A stretch of 64,000 nucleotides of DNA from Chthoniobacterales bacterium (GTDB lineage: Bacteria > Verrucomicrobiota > Verrucomicrobiia > Chthoniobacterales > UBA10450). Positions 1 through 12,487 of this stretch are shown here, piece after piece. The stretch spans positions 95,134-159,133 of the forward strand of contig JBBSED010000005.1 of assembly GCA_038240025.1 (NCBI GenBank), given 5' to 3'. Under the pieces are notes generated by a model that was given only the letters and a program-made list of their open reading frames with translations, made no database searches and had not been told where the DNA came from. The translations under genes were made by a program, and so were the position numbers. Position 1 is the first letter of the stretch, and each line of letters starts with the position of its first letter.

Positions 1-687
1 GCGCCGCCGCACATGGATTACACCGATGGTCCGAAGTATCCCGATCTCTGCCGGATCGCGGCGAAGAAGGACTTGATCATCAACACCGTCCAATGCGGCG
101 CGATGGCGGAAACAACCCCGATCTGGCAGGAGATTGCGAAGCTCTCCGAAGGTCGTTACGCCGCGATCGCGCAGTCCGGGAATATGGCCGTGGTCGCGAC
201 TCCGATGGATACGCGACTCGCGGAACTCAACCGGAAGATTGGCGCGACTCTTATTCCTTATGGCGACAAGGACGCTCAAGGAGCAGTGGCGGCGAAGCAG
301 GCGGCTTCCGAGAGCGCACCGGCGAGCGCGACCGCTGATCGGTTGAGTTATAACGCGCGCACGAACAAGGCGGTGCAAGGGACTGGAGAGTTACTCGATG
401 CCCTGGCCAAAGATCGGTTGACGCTGCAAACGGTCGACCAGAAAAAACTGCCCGCTGAGTGGCAGGGTCTTAGTTCCGAAGAGCTGGAAAAGCGCGTGGT
501 CAAGGCCCGCTCTGATCGGGCTGAGGTCCAGAAAGAGATCGGAGAACTGGCCGCAAAACGGGAGACGTTCCTGCAAGCGGAGAACAAGCGACTCGCGGCC
601 GAGGGCAAGGGCGATGCCTTTGATGGCAAGGTCACCGAAACCATCCACGAACAGGCGGCGAAGAAGGGAATCGAATACGCCCGCTGA
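1..687 (+). CDS. C-terminal portion of a vWA-like/coiled-coil protein (5' end lies upstream of window)
   Basis: Frame open to nt 1; '...YTDGP...LIINTVQCG' resembles the end of a von Willebrand A fold followed by a Lys/Glu/Ala-rich tail. Confidence 0.4.
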   Translation, partial: APPHMDYTDGPKYPDLCRIAAKKDLIINTVQCGAMAETTPIWQEIAKLSEGRYAAIAQSGNMAVVATPMDTRLAELNRKIGATLIPYGDKDAQGAVAAKQAASESAPASATADRLSYNARTNKAVQGTGELLDALAKDRLTLQTVDQKKLPAEWQGLSSEELEKRVVKARSDRAEVQKEIGELAAKRETFLQAENKRLAAEGKGDAFDGKVTETIHEQAAKKGIEYAR

Positions 688-703
688 GTAACCCGATCGC
701 GGC

Positions 704-3674
<2,971 letters not shown>

Positions 3675-3711
3675 CTCCGCGCACGGGGATAAACTGCGTC
3701 CGAAGCTTGCC

Positions 3712-3793
3712 GCCAGGGTGGCGAAATTGGCAGACGCGCCAGACTTAGGATCTGGTGGAGCAATCCGTAGGGGTTCAAGTCCCCTCCCTGGTA
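3712..3793 (+). tRNA. tRNA-Leu (anticodon TAG), class II with long variable arm; CCA not encoded
   Basis: Cloverleaf read by hand: acceptor GCCAGGG/CCCTGGT (G1:U72), D-arm GCG-AAATTGGCAGA-CGC, anticodon arm CCAGA-CTTAGGA-TCTGG, 13-nt variable arm, T-arm AGGGG-TTCAAGT-CCCCT, discriminator A. Confidence 0.8.
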
Positions 3794-3802
3794 CGCTTTT
3801 GC

Positions 3803-4267
3803 ATGAAAGATCCGCACCTCGAGATCGAACGGAAGTTTCTCCTCCGGCAAATGCCGCGGGCCCTGGCGCAACATCCGCATCAGCGGATCGACCAAGGCTA
3901 TCTCACGATCGGTCACGATCGCTCGCACGTGCGGCTGCGGCGGAAAGGTCGTGGCTACACCCTGACCTTTAAACGCGGGGCGTCCACGGGCCGCGAGGAG
4001 CGGGAAATACGCCTGACGAAAAAGCAGTTCGATGTGCTCTGGCCGGCGACGGCGGGAGCGCGCCTCACGAAAACCCGCTACGAAGTGCCGTGGCGGAACT
4101 GGACCGTGGAGGTCGATGTTTATCACGGATCGAACGAGGGCCTGATCGTGGCCGAAGTGGAGTTCCCGAACCAACGGGCCTGCGAAAACTTTCGACCGCC
4201 TGCTTGGGTCGGCGCGGAGGTCACCGGCCAGGGCCGCTACAGTAATCCTCGGCTCGCGGGCGAGTAA
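3803..4267 (+). CDS. CYTH-domain (triphosphate tunnel metalloenzyme, CyaB/thiamine-triphosphatase-like) protein
   Basis: N-terminal LEIERKFLL signature; ATG at 3803 avoids overlap with the tRNA (track ORFs 3718.. and 3755.. read through the tRNA). Confidence 0.65.
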   Translation: MKDPHLEIERKFLLRQMPRALAQHPHQRIDQGYLTIGHDRSHVRLRRKGRGYTLTFKRGASTGREEREIRLTKKQFDVLWPATAGARLTKTRYEVPWRNWTVEVDVYHGSNEGLIVAEVEFPNQRACENFRPPAWVGAEVTGQGRYSNPRLAGE

Positions 4268-4337
4268 AAAACCGGCTTTCGTCCACGAAAAATTGCCACT
4301 CGCCCGGCCCTCCGGCATAGTGCCGCCATCCGCGCGC

Positions 4338-5030
4338 ATGAAAGATTCATCGAGCAAAAAAATCCTTCTCGTGGAAGACGAAACCGACGTCGTCGACCTG
4401 CTGACTTTGCAGCTCCGGAAGGCCGGCGGCTTTCTCGTGAGCGTGGCGAATGACGGCGCCGAAGCGTTGAAAAAGGCGCGCGCGGAACTCCCCGCGCTCG
4501 TCGTGCTCGACCTGATGTTGCCACGCATGACCGGCCTCGAAGTCTGCAAAGTTCTCAAGACCGATTCGGCCACGCGCCACATCCCGATCATCATGCTGAC
4601 GGCGAAAGCGGAGGAGATCGATCGGATCGTCGGGCTCGAATTCGGCGCGGATGATTACGTCACGAAGCCGTTCAGCCCGCGCGAAATGCTCCTGCGGATC
4701 AAGGCGATTCTGCGCCGGGGCGAGCCTAACGACGGCACGGAAAACCTCACCCGCGGAGCGATCACGATCGACAGCGCGCGGCACCAGGTTTCCGTCTCGG
4801 GCAAGCGAATCAATCTGACCGCAGTCGAGTTCAAACTCCTGAGTATGCTCATGCAGCGGCCCGGCCGGGTGCAGGCGCGCGACCGGCTGCTGAACGAAGT
4901 CTGGGGCTACGAGAGCGCGATCGACACCCGCACCGTCGATACCCATGTGCGGCGGTTGCGCGAGAAACTCGGCAAGGCCGCGAGCGCGGTCGAGACCGTG
5001 CGCGGGTTTGGTTATCGGCTGCGCGAATAA
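4338..5030 (+). CDS. phoB: Phosphate regulon response regulator (OmpR family)
   Basis: Receiver domain (ILLVEDE...LDLMLP...MLTAK) plus winged-helix OmpR/PhoB C-terminal domain; adjacent phoR. Confidence 0.85.
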   Translation: MKDSSSKKILLVEDETDVVDLLTLQLRKAGGFLVSVANDGAEALKKARAELPALVVLDLMLPRMTGLEVCKVLKTDSATRHIPIIMLTAKAEEIDRIVGLEFGADDYVTKPFSPREMLLRIKAILRRGEPNDGTENLTRGAITIDSARHQVSVSGKRINLTAVEFKLLSMLMQRPGRVQARDRLLNEVWGYESAIDTRTVDTHVRRLREKLGKAASAVETVRGFGYRLRE

Positions 5031-5039
5031 GCGAACACG

Positions 5040-6314
5040 ATGGGCTGGGTTGCATTTGCGCTCGCGCTGGCGCTGCTGGGTTACGGCGCCTGGCGGGTCT
5101 GGCGCGAGTGGATCTTGCCGGCGCGGCATCTCGACCACTTGGTCCAAGCGATCAACGCGCACGATCCGCCCCGCACTTTCCTGATCGGGGATCGCGGGCG
5201 GATGCGCCGGATCGGGCTCGCGCTGGAGGAAATTTACCTGCGGCAAAAGGAGCTGCGCTCGCAGGCGCAGAAGCGCGAGTTCGGCGTGCAGGCTATCACC
5301 GGAGCGCTGGCCGACGGACTGGTGGTGGTCGATCACGAACATCGCCTGCGCCTGATGAACCGCGCCTTTCGCGATCTCTTCGCGGTCGATCCCCTCACGA
5401 ACGACGGCAGCTTGCTCGAGCTGGTGCGCGAGGCCTCGGTCGAGCGATTGTTAGGCGAAACGCTCACCCGCGGCGAATCGCGCCGCGGCACCCTCACGCT
5501 TCCCGGGACCGATGGGGCTCATCTCGAAGTCGTGCTCGAGCCGATCAAGCACGAGGACGAAACCATCCGCGGCGCGGTCGTGCTTTTTCGCGATATCACC
5601 GGGATGCGCCAGACCGAAACGATGCGGCGCGATTTCGTCGCCAACGTCTCGCACGAGCTGCGCACGCCGCTCTCGATCCTGCGCGGTTATCTCGAGACGC
5701 TCCTGGAAAATCCGAAGCAGCCGCCGGCGGAGTTGCTCCGGATTTTCGAAGTGATGGAGCGGCATTCCAACCGGCTGACCTTGCTCGTAGATGACGTGCT
5801 CAGTCTCGCGAAACTCGAGGGCGCCGGCGCGTCGCTCGATTTCACCACCATCCGGCCGGCGACTTTTTTGGCGGCGATGCTGCGCGATTGGGAAAAGAAA
5901 TTCGCCGCGAAAAATCTGCACGCCGAACTCGAAGCGGCGGATGATTTGCCGCTCATCCAGGTGGACGAAGGCCGTCTCCAGGAAGTCATCTACAACCTGC
6001 TCGATAACGCGGTGAAATATACCGACGCCGGTGCACGCATCGTCGTGCGGGCGGCGTGGCAGGGGGAGGATGTCTGCTTCAGCGTGAGCGATACCGGGGT
6101 AGGAATTCCGGCGCGCGATTTGCCGCGGATCTTCGAGCGGTTTTATCGCGCGGATAAATCGCGCCAGCGCGAACGGGGCGGGACCGGGCTCGGACTTTCG
6201 ATCGTGAAACACATTGCGCAGCTCCACGGCGGCAGGGTCGAGGCGGAGAGCGAACCAGGGAGCGGGACGACGGTGCGGGTGGTTTTGCCAATCGTTCCCG
6301 CCATGAAATCGTAA
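5040..6314 (+). CDS. phoR: Phosphate regulon sensor histidine kinase
   Basis: TM segment, PAS, HisKA (HELRTPL) and HATPase (GTGLGLSIVKH) domains directly after phoB. Confidence 0.8.
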   Translation: MGWVAFALALALLGYGAWRVWREWILPARHLDHLVQAINAHDPPRTFLIGDRGRMRRIGLALEEIYLRQKELRSQAQKREFGVQAITGALADGLVVVDHEHRLRLMNRAFRDLFAVDPLTNDGSLLELVREASVERLLGETLTRGESRRGTLTLPGTDGAHLEVVLEPIKHEDETIRGAVVLFRDITGMRQTETMRRDFVANVSHELRTPLSILRGYLETLLENPKQPPAELLRIFEVMERHSNRLTLLVDDVLSLAKLEGAGASLDFTTIRPATFLAAMLRDWEKKFAAKNLHAELEAADDLPLIQVDEGRLQEVIYNLLDNAVKYTDAGARIVVRAAWQGEDVCFSVSDTGVGIPARDLPRIFERFYRADKSRQRERGGTGLGLSIVKHIAQLHGGRVEAESEPGSGTTVRVVLPIVPAMKS

Positions 6315-6351
6315 CCTCGCCACCGCCGCCGGCAGGTTATATCTTTCGCCG

Positions 6352-7041
6352 ATGATCGCGCCGAGACACATCCTGGGAACCTTCGACGAAGCCCTCGCGA
6401 CCCTGCGCAACAACGTCCTCATGATGACGAGCCTCGCGACTCGCAGCCTCGAGAACGCGCTCAACGGGCTCGTGCAACGGGACGACGACCTTTGCGCGAC
6501 AGCGATCGCGGACGACGAGGAAGTCGATCAGCTCGAGAAGCAGGTCGACAAGGACGGGATCGATCTGCTGCTCCGTTTCCAGCCGGTCGCGTCCGATCTG
6601 CGCCGGGTGGTTTCGGCGATGAAGCTCTGTTCCAACCTCGAGCGCATGGCGGACCAGGGCGTCAACATCGCGCGCAAAGCGCGGAAGCTGAACCGGCATC
6701 CGGTTTTGCCCGAAGTCGCGTTGATCGATCCGATGCGCGAACACGCGATGGCGATGTTCAAGGACAGCGCCGATGCCTTCGTGCGCGAGGACATCGAGCT
6801 CGGGCGCGGGCTGAAGGCGCGCGATAAGGCGCTCGATGAAATGAACGCAAACGCGAGCCGGAAGTTGATCGAGCGGATGGCGCAGGACCCGGAACAACTG
6901 CGCGGCTATCTAAATTTGATGTTCATCGCGCGGCATCTCGAGCGGGTCGGCGATCACGCGACAAACATCGCGGAAGACGCCGTCTACGCGGCCGCGGCGG
7001 AAGACATCCGGCACCAGCCCTACGTGCCGGCGGAAGCCTAA
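6352..7041 (+). CDS. phoU: Phosphate signalling complex protein PhoU
   Basis: Two PhoU repeats; stop codon TAA lies inside a GCCTAACGA motif copy. Confidence 0.8.
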   Translation: MIAPRHILGTFDEALATLRNNVLMMTSLATRSLENALNGLVQRDDDLCATAIADDEEVDQLEKQVDKDGIDLLLRFQPVASDLRRVVSAMKLCSNLERMADQGVNIARKARKLNRHPVLPEVALIDPMREHAMAMFKDSADAFVREDIELGRGLKARDKALDEMNANASRKLIERMAQDPEQLRGYLNLMFIARHLERVGDHATNIAEDAVYAAAAEDIRHQPYVPAEA

Positions 7042-7072
7042 CGAGTCGCGCGAATTCGGAAGTCCGGGGAGC

Positions 7073-7095
7073 ACAGGCCGCTGGCCTGTTGTTCG
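7073..7095 (+). terminator. Putative weak intrinsic terminator after phoU
   Basis: Hairpin ACAGGCC-gct-GGCCTGT followed by TGTTC. Confidence 0.35.
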
Positions 7096-7307
7096 AGGCG
7101 GCTCGCCTCGGACCCTGGGAGCCCAACGAAGCAAAGGCCGCACGTCGCTCCACCAGTTGCTCTTCGAGCAAACTGCAGCCGGCGAGCCACCGGCTGCGCC
7201 AGCCCACGGCCATGTGCACCCCGGCAGAAGAGGCCAGCAGGGCGCCGGTGCGTTTTTCCGCTTGGCCGGCCGTTTGATTTCGGCTAACCGCAGGACGACA
7301 TCGCCTT

Positions 7308-7946
7308 ATGCTCTCGCTCAAGAAACTCCTCGGCCACGACGAAAAATTCTACGACCTGCTCGAGGCGAGCGCGCAGCAGGCCGATAGCAGCGTCCATCAC
7401 CTCGTCGCTCTGCTCGCGAAGCTGGAGCAGCACGATTCCCCGCAGAGCCTCGAGGAATTCGTCCATAGCCGGCGGAAGGATAAAAAAATCACGCAGGAGC
7501 TGACCGAGCAGCTTTGCAAAACTTTCATCACCCCGCTCGAGCGGGAAGACATCCAGGCGCTCGCGGCCGCGCTTTATAAGATCCCGAAGACGGTCGAGAA
7601 AATCGGCGAACGCATCCTGATCTGCCCGAACGATCTCCACGGGCGGAATTTCGAGAAGCATTTGCAGCTCCTCGACCAGGCCGCGGAAGCGGTCCTCGCG
7701 ATGGTGAAAGAACTCCGCAACGGCACCGACGTCGCGACCGCGCGCGAGATGAACGCCCGCCTCCAGACGATCGAAGGCGACGCCGACAAGCTGGAGTTGA
7801 CCCTGCTGCGCGATCTCTATCACGGCGATTACGACGCCAAGCAGATCATCTTTTTGCGCGATCTCTATGAGTTGCTGGAGAAGGTGATCGATCGTTGCCG
7901 CGACGCCGGCAACATCATTCTCCAGATCGTGCTCAAGTATTCCTGA
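7308..7946 (+). CDS. DUF47/TIGR00153 family protein (PhoU-like accessory of Pit transporters)
   Basis: Family-typical helical protein immediately upstream of pitA. Confidence 0.7.
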   Translation: MLSLKKLLGHDEKFYDLLEASAQQADSSVHHLVALLAKLEQHDSPQSLEEFVHSRRKDKKITQELTEQLCKTFITPLEREDIQALAAALYKIPKTVEKIGERILICPNDLHGRNFEKHLQLLDQAAEAVLAMVKELRNGTDVATAREMNARLQTIEGDADKLELTLLRDLYHGDYDAKQIIFLRDLYELLEKVIDRCRDAGNIILQIVLKYS

Positions 7947-7966
7947 TTCGTTAGGCGAGGACGCGC

Positions 7967-9001
7967 ATGACGCTCTTTTTTCTCGTCGTCCTCGCGGCCG
8001 TCGCCTTCGAATACATCAACGGTTTTCACGACGCGGCGAACGCGATCGCGACCGTCGTCTCGACCAAGGTCCTGACCCCGCGGCAGGCAATCGCGCTCGC
8101 CGCTTTCTTTAATTTAACCGGCGCGCTCATGGGCACCGCGGTCGCGACCACGATCGGGAAAGGGATCGTCGACCTGAAAGTCGTGACCATGCGCACGATC
8201 CTTTGCGCGCTCCTCGGCGCGATCATCTGGAACCTCGCGACCTGGCTGCTCGGGTTGCCGTCGAGCTCGAGCCACGCCCTCATCGGCGGGCTCTGCGGGG
8301 CGGCGCTTGCGGCCTCCGGCGGAGATTTCTCGGTCCTGAAATGGTCGAGCGGGATTCTGCCGAAGGTAGTGATCCCGATGCTCACGTCGCCGATTGCCGG
8401 GTTCCTTTTCGGCGGGCTCCTGATGCTGCTGCTCCTGGTGATTCTACAGTCTTACACTCCCCATTTCGTGCACCGGATTTTCGGAAAATTGCAACTCGTG
8501 AGCGCGGCCTGGATGGCCCACAGCCACGGCACGAACGACGCGCAGAAAACAATGGGCATCATCGCCCTCGCGCTCTATACCGGCACGACCAACGGCGCTT
8601 TCGCGCATCTCCCGCCCGCGCTGCATTTTTTGAACACGCCGGTCTTCGCGGTTCCCAAATGGGTCGTGTTTCTTTGCGCGACGACGATGGCGGCGGGCAC
8701 CGCCGCGGGCGGCTGGCGGATTATTCGCACGTTAGGCCACAAGATGGTGAAGCTGCAGCCGGTGCATGGTTTCGCCGCGGAGACGACCGCGGCGGTGATC
8801 ATTCAGGTCGCGAGCTCTTACGGCATTCCGCTTTCCACCACCCATGTCATTTCCACCTCGATCATGGGCGTTGGCGCAGTGAAACGTTTCAGCGGCGTGA
8901 AGTGGGGCGTCGTGCAACGGATCGTCTGGGCGTGGGTTTTCACCCTGCCGGTAACGGCGCTGACCAGTTACCTGCTGGCGCGAATCTGGAGTTGGTTTTG
9001 A
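7967..9001 (+). CDS. pitA: Inorganic phosphate transporter, PiT family
   Basis: N-terminal GFHDAANAIATVV and internal repeat with HGTNDAQKTMGII. Confidence 0.85.
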   Translation: MTLFFLVVLAAVAFEYINGFHDAANAIATVVSTKVLTPRQAIALAAFFNLTGALMGTAVATTIGKGIVDLKVVTMRTILCALLGAIIWNLATWLLGLPSSSSHALIGGLCGAALAASGGDFSVLKWSSGILPKVVIPMLTSPIAGFLFGGLLMLLLLVILQSYTPHFVHRIFGKLQLVSAAWMAHSHGTNDAQKTMGIIALALYTGTTNGAFAHLPPALHFLNTPVFAVPKWVVFLCATTMAAGTAAGGWRIIRTLGHKMVKLQPVHGFAAETTAAVIIQVASSYGIPLSTTHVISTSIMGVGAVKRFSGVKWGVVQRIVWAWVFTLPVTALTSYLLARIWSWF

Positions 9002-9456
9002 AGCTTTATTTCCTGCGCCATGGGCGGGCGGATTGGCCCGACTGGAAAGGCGCGGATGACGATCGGCCGCTGACCAAAGCGGGCCGGAAAGAGGTGCGGG
9101 CGGTCGCCCGGCTTCTCGTTAGGCTGAAAGTGCGGCCGGATCTGATCCTGACCAGCCCGCTCCCCCGCGCGGCGCAGACCGCGGAGATCGCGGCGGCGGA
9201 GCTGAAAGTGAAATGCCGCGAGGAGAAATTGCTCGCGCCGGATTTCGATCTCGCGCGCTGGCGCCGGGTGGAGAAAAAGCATCCGGGCAAATGCCTGCTC
9301 CTGGTCGGGCACGAAGAGGATTTCTCGCGGTTGATCGCCAGCCTCACGAGCGGCCGGGTCAAGCTCGCGAAAGCCGGGGTCGCGCTGGTGGAACTCGAGT
9401 CGCCCGCGCGCGGCCGGCTCTGCTGGCTTTTCCCGCCGAAAGTCGCAACGGCCTAA
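8998..9456 (+). CDS. sixA: Phosphohistidine phosphatase SixA-like (histidine phosphatase superfamily)
   Basis: LYFLRHGRADW (RHG catalytic motif) ... LLVGHEEDFS; probable TTG start at 8998 overlapping the pitA stop, start uncertain; stop TAA lies inside the motif. Confidence 0.6.
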   Translation: MKLYFLRHGRADWPDWKGADDDRPLTKAGRKEVRAVARLLVRLKVRPDLILTSPLPRAAQTAEIAAAELKVKCREEKLLAPDFDLARWRRVEKKHPGKCLLLVGHEEDFSRLIASLTSGRVKLAKAGVALVELESPARGRLCWLFPPKVATA

Positions 9457-9474
9457 CGAGAACCTTCGTTAGGC
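9451..9474. repeat. Perfect inverted pair of the abundant 9-mer: GCCTAACGA-gaacct-TCGTTAGGC
   Basis: 9-bp arms with a 6-nt loop directly at the sixA stop; no downstream U-tract. Confidence 0.8.
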
Positions 9475-9488
9475 GTAGCGCGCGTCCC

Positions 9489-9959
9489 GTGAAAGCAGGC
9501 ACTGATAATTCCTTCAAAGCATCGCCGGCGGTTGTTCGCCGCGCGCAGCGCATCGATGCTCCAGCGGCTGTCGAGTTGTTGGCTGCTCTCGGTTATCCGT
9601 CGCCAGTCGCGCGCGTTGAGCGGAGCATCGCAGATAGCGCCGCTTCTACCGACACGGCCGTTTTCGTTGCGGCCGCGTCCATGCGCATCGTGGGCATCAT
9701 TTCTGTTCATCGTATTCCGCTTTTTCACGCTCTCGGTTTTCTTGGCCGCATCACGAGTCTCGTGGTCACCGCCGACTATCGGCAGCGCGGGATCGGTGGC
9801 TCGTTGGTTGCCGCAGCCGAGGAGTTCGCTTGGGCGCACGGCTGCATCGGCGTCGAAGTCACTAGCGGTGACCATCGTCCAGAGGCCCACGCTTTTTACG
9901 AGCACCTTGGTTACAAGCTCGATGCTCGACGCTTCATCAAACATGACCGCCACGCCTAG
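9489..9959 (+). CDS. GNAT family N-acetyltransferase
   Basis: C-terminal QRGIGGSLVAAAEEFAWAHGC...AHAFYEHLGYK acetyl-CoA binding fold; GTG start at 9489 chosen to avoid overlap with sixA. Confidence 0.6.
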   Translation: MKAGTDNSFKASPAVVRRAQRIDAPAAVELLAALGYPSPVARVERSIADSAASTDTAVFVAAASMRIVGIISVHRIPLFHALGFLGRITSLVVTADYRQRGIGGSLVAAAEEFAWAHGCIGVEVTSGDHRPEAHAFYEHLGYKLDARRFIKHDRHA

Positions 9960-10070
9960 GCATGCGATGCAGCCAACCCCTGGCCGGCGTACGCTCAAGA
10001 TTGCCATGACTCTAACCGCTCCTCCCGCCACCACGCGCGCCCTCTTCAGCGGTGGCGGATCTTGTTCTCG

Positions 10071-10754
10071 TCAGGCGACTTCGAGCAGGTTGTTCGGATG
10101 CCGGATGTCTTCGGCGACCGCAGTGTAAACGGCGTCTTCGCCGATGTTCTTCGCGTGGTCGCCGACCCGCTCGAGATGGCGCGCGATGAAGAGCAGCTCC
10201 AGGTAATCGGGAATGCGGTCGGGCTGTTCGGCCATGCGCGCGGTCAGGTTGTCGGCGATGTCGTGGTTCATCCGGTCGATCTCGCGGTCGCGCCGCCGAA
10301 GAGTGCGCGCGAGGTCGGTATCGGCGTCGGCGTAGGCGCGGATGCTGTCGCGGAAGAGGGCCATCGCTTCGATGAACATCGGGCCGAGGACGGTCGCTTC
10401 ATCCAGCTCCGGCTCGAGGGGGAGCTTGCGCGCGCGGCGCGCGATCTTCACCGCCTGGTCGGCGATGCGCTCGAGGTTGCCGCCGATTTTCATCGTCGAA
10501 ACCACCTGCCGCAGATCGGACGCGACCGGGTGGAAACGCCGGAGAATCTCCACGCCGTCGCGATCGATTTTTTTCTCGAGCGCGTCAATTTCCGCCTCGT
10601 CGGAAATGGCGACGGCACAAATGGCGGCATCGCGATCGAGCAGGCAGGTCATGGAGTTTTGCAGATTGCGATCGGTCAGGCTCGCCATCATCAAGGCATC
10701 GGCGCGCAACGAGTCGAGCGCCCGATCGAAGTCGCGGAGAATGTGGCCAGGCAT
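10071..10754 (-). CDS. phoU: PhoU (second copy, last gene of the pst operon)
   Basis: Paralogous to 6352..7041, same two-repeat architecture. Confidence 0.8.
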   Translation of the reverse strand: MPGHILRDFDRALDSLRADALMMASLTDRNLQNSMTCLLDRDAAICAVAISDEAEIDALEKKIDRDGVEILRRFHPVASDLRQVVSTMKIGGNLERIADQAVKIARRARKLPLEPELDEATVLGPMFIEAMALFRDSIRAYADADTDLARTLRRRDREIDRMNHDIADNLTARMAEQPDRIPDYLELLFIARHLERVGDHAKNIGEDAVYTAVAEDIRHPNNLLEVA

Positions 10755-10761
10755 ATCGCGC

Positions 10762-11619
10762 TCAACCGAATCGGCCGGTGATGTAGTCTTCCGTCTTGCG
10801 TTCCCGAGGCGAACTGAAAATCTGCGCGGTCTCGCCGTACTCGATCAATTCGCCGACATAGAGGAAGGCGGTTTTATCCGAGACGCGGCTGGCCTGCTGC
10901 ATGTTGTGGGTCACGATCACGATCGTGTATCGGGTGCGCAACTCGCGGATGAGCTCCTCGACGCGCGCGGTCGCGATCGGATCGAGGGCGCTGCACGGTT
11001 CGTCCATGAGGAGCACTTCGGGCTCGACCGCGATCGCGCGCGCGATGCAGAGGCGCTGCTGTTGGCCGCCGGAAATGCTCGTGCCCGGTTTCTTGAGATC
11101 GTTCTTCACCTCGTCCCAGAGTGCGGCCATGCGGAGCGATTTCTCGAGGCGCTCGTTCAGGATGTGGCGGTCGCGCACGCCATTGAGGCGCAGACCAACG
11201 AGGACGTTTTCCTCGATCGACATGGTCGGGAACGGATTCGATTTTTGAAAGACCATCCCGATGCGCCGCCGGGCCATCGCCGGATCGGCGTCGGGGCGAT
11301 AAAGATTTTCGCCCTGGAAAAGTATCTGGCCCTCGATCCGCGTCTTCGGCACGAGCTCGTGCATGCGGTTGAGACAACGGAGGAAGGTCGATTTGCCGCA
11401 GCCGCTCGGCCCGATGATCGCGGTCACGGTCTGCGCCGGAATGTTGATCGAGATGTTGTTGATCGCCTGCTTTTGGCCGTACCAGATCGAGAGATTTTTG
11501 ACTTCGAAAGCGGGCGTCTCCGTGGGCGTCGCGGGTGTCGCGGGCGGGGCGGCGGGTGCGTCCGTGATTTCGCTACGGGGTGAAGAAGGTGTCGGTGGTG
11601 ACATCGTGCGAGCTGACAT
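10762..11619 (-). CDS. pstB: Phosphate ABC transporter ATP-binding protein
   Basis: Walker [13 protein letters not shown] signature; start moved to the ATG at 11619, immediately after the pstA stop. Confidence 0.85.
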   Translation of the reverse strand: MSARTMSPPTPSSPRSEITDAPAAPPATPATPTETPAFEVKNLSIWYGQKQAINNISINIPAQTVTAIIGPSGCGKSTFLRCLNRMHELVPKTRIEGQILFQGENLYRPDADPAMARRRIGMVFQKSNPFPTMSIEENVLVGLRLNGVRDRHILNERLEKSLRMAALWDEVKNDLKKPGTSISGGQQQRLCIARAIAVEPEVLLMDEPCSALDPIATARVEELIRELRTRYTIVIVTHNMQQASRVSDKTAFLYVGELIEYGETAQIFSSPRERKTEDYITGRFG

Positions 11620-11623
11620 TTCG

Positions 11624-12484
11624 TTAGGTGACGCGAGCGCCGCGGTCGCGGGTGAGGAAGCGGACCAAAATATTAATGACGAAGATTCCCACCACAAGAA
11701 CGAGCGCGCCCGCCCAGGCCTGGCGGTGCCAATCTTCATACGGCGAAATCGCGTAAGAGAAAATCTGGAGCGGGAGCGCGGCGATCGGCTCGGCCAGGTT
11801 GCGATTCCAAAAGCGATTGCCGAACGCGGTGAAAAGGAGTGGCGCGGTCTCGCCCGCGATCCGCGCGACGGCGAGGAGAATGCCGGTGACGATGCCCTTG
11901 GACGCGGTCTTCATCACGATGTGGACGATCGTGCGCCAACGGCTGATCCCGAGCGCGAGCGAAGCTTCGCGGTAGCCGTTCGGCACGAGCAGGAGCACCT
12001 CTTCGGTCGTGCGCATGATCAGCGGGATCATCATGAACCCGAGCGCGAGTCCGCCCGCGTAGGCGGAGAAGCTTTTGAAAGTGATCACGACCAGGCCGTA
12101 GACGACCACGCCCCAGGTGATCGAGGGGACGCCGTTCAAAATGTCGGCGACGAAGCGCAGCCACCAGTTACTCGAAGTGGTGCCGTACTCGGCGAGGTGA
12201 ACGCCTCCGAGGACCCCGATCGGAATGCCGATGGCCGCGGCCAGCCCGAGCAACTCGAGCGTGCCGACGATCGCGTTGGCCATGCCGCCGCCGAGTTCGC
12301 CGACGGGTTTCGGGAGCTGAGTGAAGAAGTTCAGATTGACCGAGCCGGCGCCTTTTTGGAGCAGGTAGAAAAAGACGAGCGCGAGCGGCGCGATCACGAG
12401 CAGGGCCGCGAACATGGAGAGCCCGGAAGCGAGCGCGCTTTTGATTTTGCGCCAGCGATGGGAGTCCTGCCGGGTCGCGGTCAT
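11624..12484 (-). CDS. pstA: Phosphate ABC transporter permease PstA
   Basis: Family-typical permease; stop codon lies inside a TCGTTAGGT motif copy. Confidence 0.8.
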   Translation of the reverse strand: MTATRQDSHRWRKIKSALASGLSMFAALLVIAPLALVFFYLLQKGAGSVNLNFFTQLPKPVGELGGGMANAIVGTLELLGLAAAIGIPIGVLGGVHLAEYGTTSSNWWLRFVADILNGVPSITWGVVVYGLVVITFKSFSAYAGGLALGFMMIPLIMRTTEEVLLLVPNGYREASLALGISRWRTIVHIVMKTASKGIVTGILLAVARIAGETAPLLFTAFGNRFWNRNLAEPIAALPLQIFSYAISPYEDWHRQAWAGALVLVVGIFVINILVRFLTRDRGARVT

Positions 12485-12487
12485 TCG

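Noticed and set aside
3718-3972. Track ORFs 3718..3972 and the 5' part of 3755..4267 on the plus strand
   Set aside because: They are translations through the tRNA-Leu gene. The CYTH protein is taken to start at the ATG at 3803.
9451-9474. Interpreting the inverted motif pair as a classical intrinsic terminator
   Set aside because: The stem is AT-rich and no U-tract follows. It is recorded as a repeat, with terminator function unproven.
9213-9959. Start of the GNAT gene at 9213
   Set aside because: It would overlap sixA by ~240 nt. An in-frame GTG at 9489 just after the sixA stop gives a GNAT-sized protein.
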